39,379 nucleotides of DNA from positions 1-39,379 of the forward strand of contig JASVEC010000157.1 in assembly GCA_030770535.1 (NCBI GenBank), in the 5' to 3' direction. Position numbers and translations under genes: made by a program. Positions 37,807-39,379 of the stretch are shown one piece after another. This stretch comes from Batkoa obscura (taxonomy: Eukaryota). Each line of letters opens with the position of its first letter. Positions within the stretch are counted from its first letter, which is position 1. A model generated the notes under the pieces. It worked only from the letters and a program-made list of their open reading frames with translations. It had not been told where the DNA came from and did no database searches.

Positions 37807-39379
37807 TTAATTCGATAAGTTATTTGGAGTATTTAAAAGATTAGGAGGTTGAATGCCTTTTGATTTATAAAACTCCATAGTGTTTTTAGCTATTTTAGCT
37901 AAATTATTGGGCTCAATACCAAAATGTTTATATACTTCTTTGTAATCTCCAGACATACCAAAAGTAGTCATACCTAAAGAAGCATGGGCATATTTAGACC
38001 ATCCAAAAGTAGATAAAGCTTCACAACTAACTACTGGTATTATTATTTAAAAATACACTTTGGTTTATATTCATTATCTTGCTCTTCAAATAAATCAAAA
38101 CATGGCATAGAGACTACTCTACAAGATATGTTTTCTTTCTTTAATAATTCATGAGCATCAACAGCAATTGAAACTTCTGATCCAGTAGCAACTAATATAA
38201 CTTCTGGTTTATCAGAGTCTTTTAATACATAAGCACCTTTTAAAGCTAATTTATAAGAGGAATTTTCAAGGGTTGGTACTTTTTGCCTTGATAAACAAAG
38301 TACAGTTGGGCTATGTTCATGAGTAAAAGCACTATAATAAGCAGCAGATACTTCATTACCATCTGCTGGACGTTGAACATAAACATTGGGTGTTGCTCTT
38401 AATAAAGCTAAAGTTTCGATTGGTTGATGGGTTGGACCATCTTCACCTAATCCAATTGAATCATGTGTCATTATATAAAGCACTCGGAAATTGGAAAGGG
38501 CTGATAATCTAAAAGCACCAAGGCCATAACTTAAAAAGTTAAGAAAAGTAGCACAAAAAGGTATTAAACTACCATGAGCTGCTATACCGTTAGATATAGC
38601 AAACATAGCATGTTCTCTAACGCCATATCGAATATATCTACCATCATAACCTGTATTTTTATCTTTAGTTGGAAAGAAATCTTTAGCTTCTTTCCATCTT
38701 GTTAAGTTAGATGGTGTTAAATCCGCAGAGCCACCAATAAGCTCAGTAAAAATAGAAGATATTGAATTAAGTACTTCATTTGAACAATTTCTAGTGGCAA
38801 GCATCTCTCCAACCTTTTTAAATTGAGGTAAGGATTCCTCCCAGTTTTCAGGAAGCTTATTGGATACTCTTCTTTTAAAATCTTCAGCTAACTCTGGGTA
38901 TTTTTGAGAGTATTCAGTTAATTTGTTATTCCATTCCTCTTCAGCTTTGATTCCTTTCTTTTCAACTTCTTTCCAAAGTTCAGAAACTTCTTGAGGAATA
39001 TGGAATTTTTTACTTACATCAAATCCAAGCTTCGATTTGATACTATTAATTCCCTCATCACCAAAAGCATTACTATGTACATCAGCAGTACCAGCTTTTT
39101 CAGCACCAAACCCAATAGTGGTACGAATTCTTATTAAAGTTGGTTTATCAGTAATATTTTTTGCTTTCTTGATACACTCTCTAATACCTTCAAAGTCAGT
39201 ATCCCCTTTTTCTACTGAAAGTACATGCCAGCCATAAGATTTATATCTCATTTCAATATCTTCATGGAAAGAGAGATCCGTACTACCATCAATAGTCACT
39301 TTGTTATCATCATAGAAAGCAATTAATTTGCCCAATTTTAATCTGCCAGCAAGTGAACAAGCTTCACTAGAAATACCTT
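37807..39379 (-). CDS. TKL: Transketolase, 5'-partial, with two apparent 1-nt insertions near 38040-38062
   Basis: EGISSEACSLAG, YDDN, GGSADLTPSN, YGVREHAM, THDSIGLGEDGPTHQP. The C-terminal IPVVSCEALSTFGWSKYAH...FGMSG continues in another frame to TAA at 37807. Confidence 0.93.

Overview
AT-rich, gene-dense fungal genomic DNA with short GT-AG introns (about 42-90 nt). Zn2Cys6 regulators together with methylmalonyl-CoA epimerase point to a non-Dikarya fungus; Zoopagomycota/Entomophthoromycotina is my inference only. The left third is an accessory-looking block: three intronless Zn2Cys6-family transcription factor paralogs, a fourth TF that appears to lack its zinc cluster, and an atypical adenylate kinase. 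The rest is housekeeping: TPI, RRP43, RPC19, NDUFS8/TYKY, MOT1, PRPP synthetase, a divergent Sec1, EAF7, an AKR7-like reductase, MCEE and a transketolase with two 1-nt insertions near its 3' end. The main non-coding structure is a ~105-bp MITE family with 13 copies (TIR ATATGGGGATGT.TTTTT). It shows CpG decay, sharing of private variants between neighbouring inverted copies, palindromic insertion sites, and absence from divergent promoters.
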